DNA from: Octopus sinensis
Lineage: Eukaryota
Assembly: GCF_006345805.1 (NCBI RefSeq)
Contig: NC_043009.1
Coordinates: 20,832,001 to 20,896,000, forward strand
DNA: 64,000 bases
Reading direction: 5' to 3'
Shown here in pieces: positions 61,204-64,000 of this stretch (positions are counted from its first letter, which is position 1; every line of letters begins with the position of its first letter). A program made the translations under genes and the position numbers. Below the pieces are notes generated by a model. It had not been told where the DNA came from, did not search any database, and saw nothing but the letters and a program-made list of their open reading frames with translations.

Positions 61204-64000
61204 ATGTACGCTAGACTTAGGTAAGACACTTAGGCAGGGTCCCGGATACTGGAAACTAAACGCGTCTTTCCCATCGAGACAAGTTTTCAGAGACCGGATT
61301 AGCACACTAGTAAAGAGGGCTTTGACGGGAGCCATCATCAACAACAAATGGTGGTTTGCCCTCAAGAGAGCAGTAAAAGCAGAAGCGATTAGGTACAGCA
61401 AAGCACTAGCCATAGATAGAAATAGAGTAGAGGGTGAGCTAGTTAAGAAGCTAGAAGAGGCAATTAGAAGCGGCATCGCATCCGACGTTTTGGCGGCGAG
61501 GTTGGCCCTCGACCAACACTTCAACGCCAAACACGAAGGATGTGCTGTCAGAGCTAGGATGCGTGCTCTAAGGAACGAAGGTGTTGGAGCCGCGAGAGAG
61601 GCCCGGGTGGCAGAGGCGCAACAGGGCAACAAAGCCACCATTCGGTCACTGGTAGATGAACAGGGGCGCGAATTGCTCGAGCCAAGTAAAATGTGTGAGG
61701 CCTTTCAGCAGCATTTTGCCCGACTGTTCGGGACGAGTGGAGGGCAAGAACGTAGGGTAGACTTCAGTGCCTACCTACATAGCCTGCCACGACTCTCGAC
61801 AAGAAAGGCAGGGTGCTGCGAAGGTGCCATCACGGCGGCGGAAGTGCGGGAAGCGATGGCAGAATGCTCGAGGGACAAATCACCGGGTTTGGATGGTCTA
61901 CCCTACGAGCTTTACAATTGTATGCCAGACTTGTTTGGAGATCTCTTGGCGGCGGTGTACTGCAACTGGCAGCAAAACGGGAGCATTCCTGGTTTTGTGA
62001 GCCGAGGAACCGTAACACTGCTGAAGAAAGATCTAAACAAGGGAAATGTAATAGATAACTTTAGGCCCATCACTCTGCTTAATGCAGACTTGAAAATTTT
62101 GGCCAAGGTGCTAGCCAAGAAGTTGGCACTTGTCATCGAGAAACTGGTCGACAGGCGGCGCAAACATGCGCCGTGCCAGGCCGGACCATCCATGACAACC
62201 TCCATCTGATGCGCTACATCATAGACAGGGTAGTTAACGAACCTGGCATGGGTGGGGCCCTGATCAACTTGGATCAATCGAAAGCCTTTGATAGGGTGGA
62301 CCATCGATACTTGGAGGCAGTCCTGAGAGCGGCTGGTTTCGGGCCCGTCTTCCGCGGCTGGATAGCTGCCTTGTACAGAGGCATCCCTTTGGTAATTCGC
62401 GTAAATGGACATCTATTGAGACCTTTCGACATTGCACGTTCGGTCCGTCAGGGATGCCCCCTCTCGGCGCTTCTATACGTATTGACTCTTGAGCCACTAC
62501 TGCGGAAGCTGGCGACTCCTAAGGGGCATCCCGCGAGAATTGGGATGCGGGACGAGCGTGTCTGCATACGCGGACGACGTCACCGTCATAGTGTCTAGCC
62601 ACGAGCACATCGAGCTGGTCGGCGAGACACTGAAAAACTACGAAGCGGTGACAGGAGCGAAAATCAACCGGGAAAAGTCAGTGGGCTTGCGACTAGGCAC
62701 CTGGAGAAGCAAGCCCATGCCGTCCACCAGCGCCTCCGTCGTTGGACGCTGGACCGACGGCCCGTTGAGTTGCTCGGGGTCTGGTTTGGTCCGGACCTCC
62801 AAGTGGAGAAGAACTGGAACGAGATAACGAGTAGGGTGGTCACTCTCGCCCGGCAATGGGCCGAGAGGAAACTGTCCCTAAAAGGTCGAGCGGAGGTGGC
62901 GAACACGTACATCGCGTCCGTCATCTACTACCGCCTGACCGTCGTACCTTGTCCCGACCCTACCATCACCAAACTACAACGCATCCTCTTTCGCTTCTTG
63001 TGGAAAGGATGCGTCCCGATTGTCAGGCTATCCATTTGCTGTCAACACCCGTTAAAAGGAGGGCTGGGCATGCCGTGGTTGATGATGCGCAGACACGCGC
63101 TGAGACTGCGACATCTCTGGCTCTATGTAGACGACGGTGAACAGGTGTGGTCGCCGTTTGTGAGGCACGCTTTCCCGCAGCTCGTCTCCATGACCGAACT
63201 GCAGTCGTGGATCAAAAAGAGGCCGAGGAAGGGCGAATGGCACCGCGAGTGTCACGTTGCTCTCAAGCAACTCTGCCGTCCTGGGTCGACCTTGAGTGAC
63301 TTCAACACAACCAAAGCATTCTATAGGGGTTTAGTGGAGGGGAGGTACGACGATGAGCTCGGGGCGAACCTGGACGTCGACGAGGAGTACCTGACCCGCC
63401 TGTTCGGGACGACTTTCGGGCCAGGGCCCATGGACAACTTCCAGAGATCCTGCCTGGCAGGCTGCTACCGAGAAGCGCTACCCGTTCGGGATAAGCTCTA
63501 CAGACACGGCTCGAGAAACACGGGGCTGACCTGCCCGAGATGCGGTCAGAGCGACGAAACCGTTCTGCACGCACTCGTTCAGTGTCCAACAATTTCCGAC
63601 CTGTGGGCTTATGTCGAACAACTGCTGTCACGTGTGGGACGAGTCGGTTTATCAGCTGAGTCTATCGTCAATATTGTCACGCCTCCTTCCTTCAAACGGG
63701 AAGGAAGAGCTATTTTCATCATCCTTGTGGCTATGGCGAAAGAATGTATCTGGTGGACGCGTCTGAAAGGATTGGAGACAAACATTTTCCTCTCTGGTCA
63801 ATCTCTCATCAACTTCTTCAAGTACCACTTGAAAAGGAAAGTGAGAGTAGAGAGGCAAGTTTTGTCTAGCGAATGTTTTAAAAAAAGATGGGTGAATGTA
63901 GCAGGAATGGCACGTATGAATGACGAAGCCCCCTTGAGCATAGTCCTATGAACCCAGAAATCGAAAACAGAGAGTTGCTTATTTGCAAAAAAAAAAAAAA
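61204..64000 (+). mobile_element. 5'-truncated Tx1/L1-clade LINE ORF2 with poly(A) end, frameshifted
   Basis: GPGYWKLNAS, SPGLDGLP, FRPITLLNAD, DQSKAFDRVDH, VRQGCPLS, YADDV, GGLGMP, C-terminal CPRC..ETVLHALVQCP; A-run at window end. Confidence 0.92.

Overview
AT-rich animal genomic DNA, most likely octopus/coleoid cephalopod. This is inferred from the SINE and RTE repeat families and the dense TA/CA microsatellites, not proven. Only one host gene is supportable: a + strand CCCH zinc-finger gene resembling ZC3H11A, with 6 coding exons at 51372-57227 and more beyond the window. The rest is nested transposon debris: a decayed autonomous Helitron and non-autonomous Helitrons, a Mag-type Gypsy element whose integrase core is replaced by a LINE fragment, two CR1-like LINE families (two copies each), RTE, Tx1/L1, R4/Dong and Penelope-like fragments, solo LTRs, long-TIR MITEs with 8-bp TSDs, foldback/satellite arms, tRNA-derived SINEs and a near-perfect 1594-bp tandem duplication. 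No clearly new biological system can be established from sequence alone. The best leads are a covarying 3' stem-loop shared by the SINE and one LINE family, a hammerhead-like motif, the Gypsy/LINE chimera, head-to-tail Helitron junctions and the satellite-armed inverted repeats. Most ORFs in the supplied track are spurious or are transposon fragments. Boundaries of degenerate repeats are approximate.
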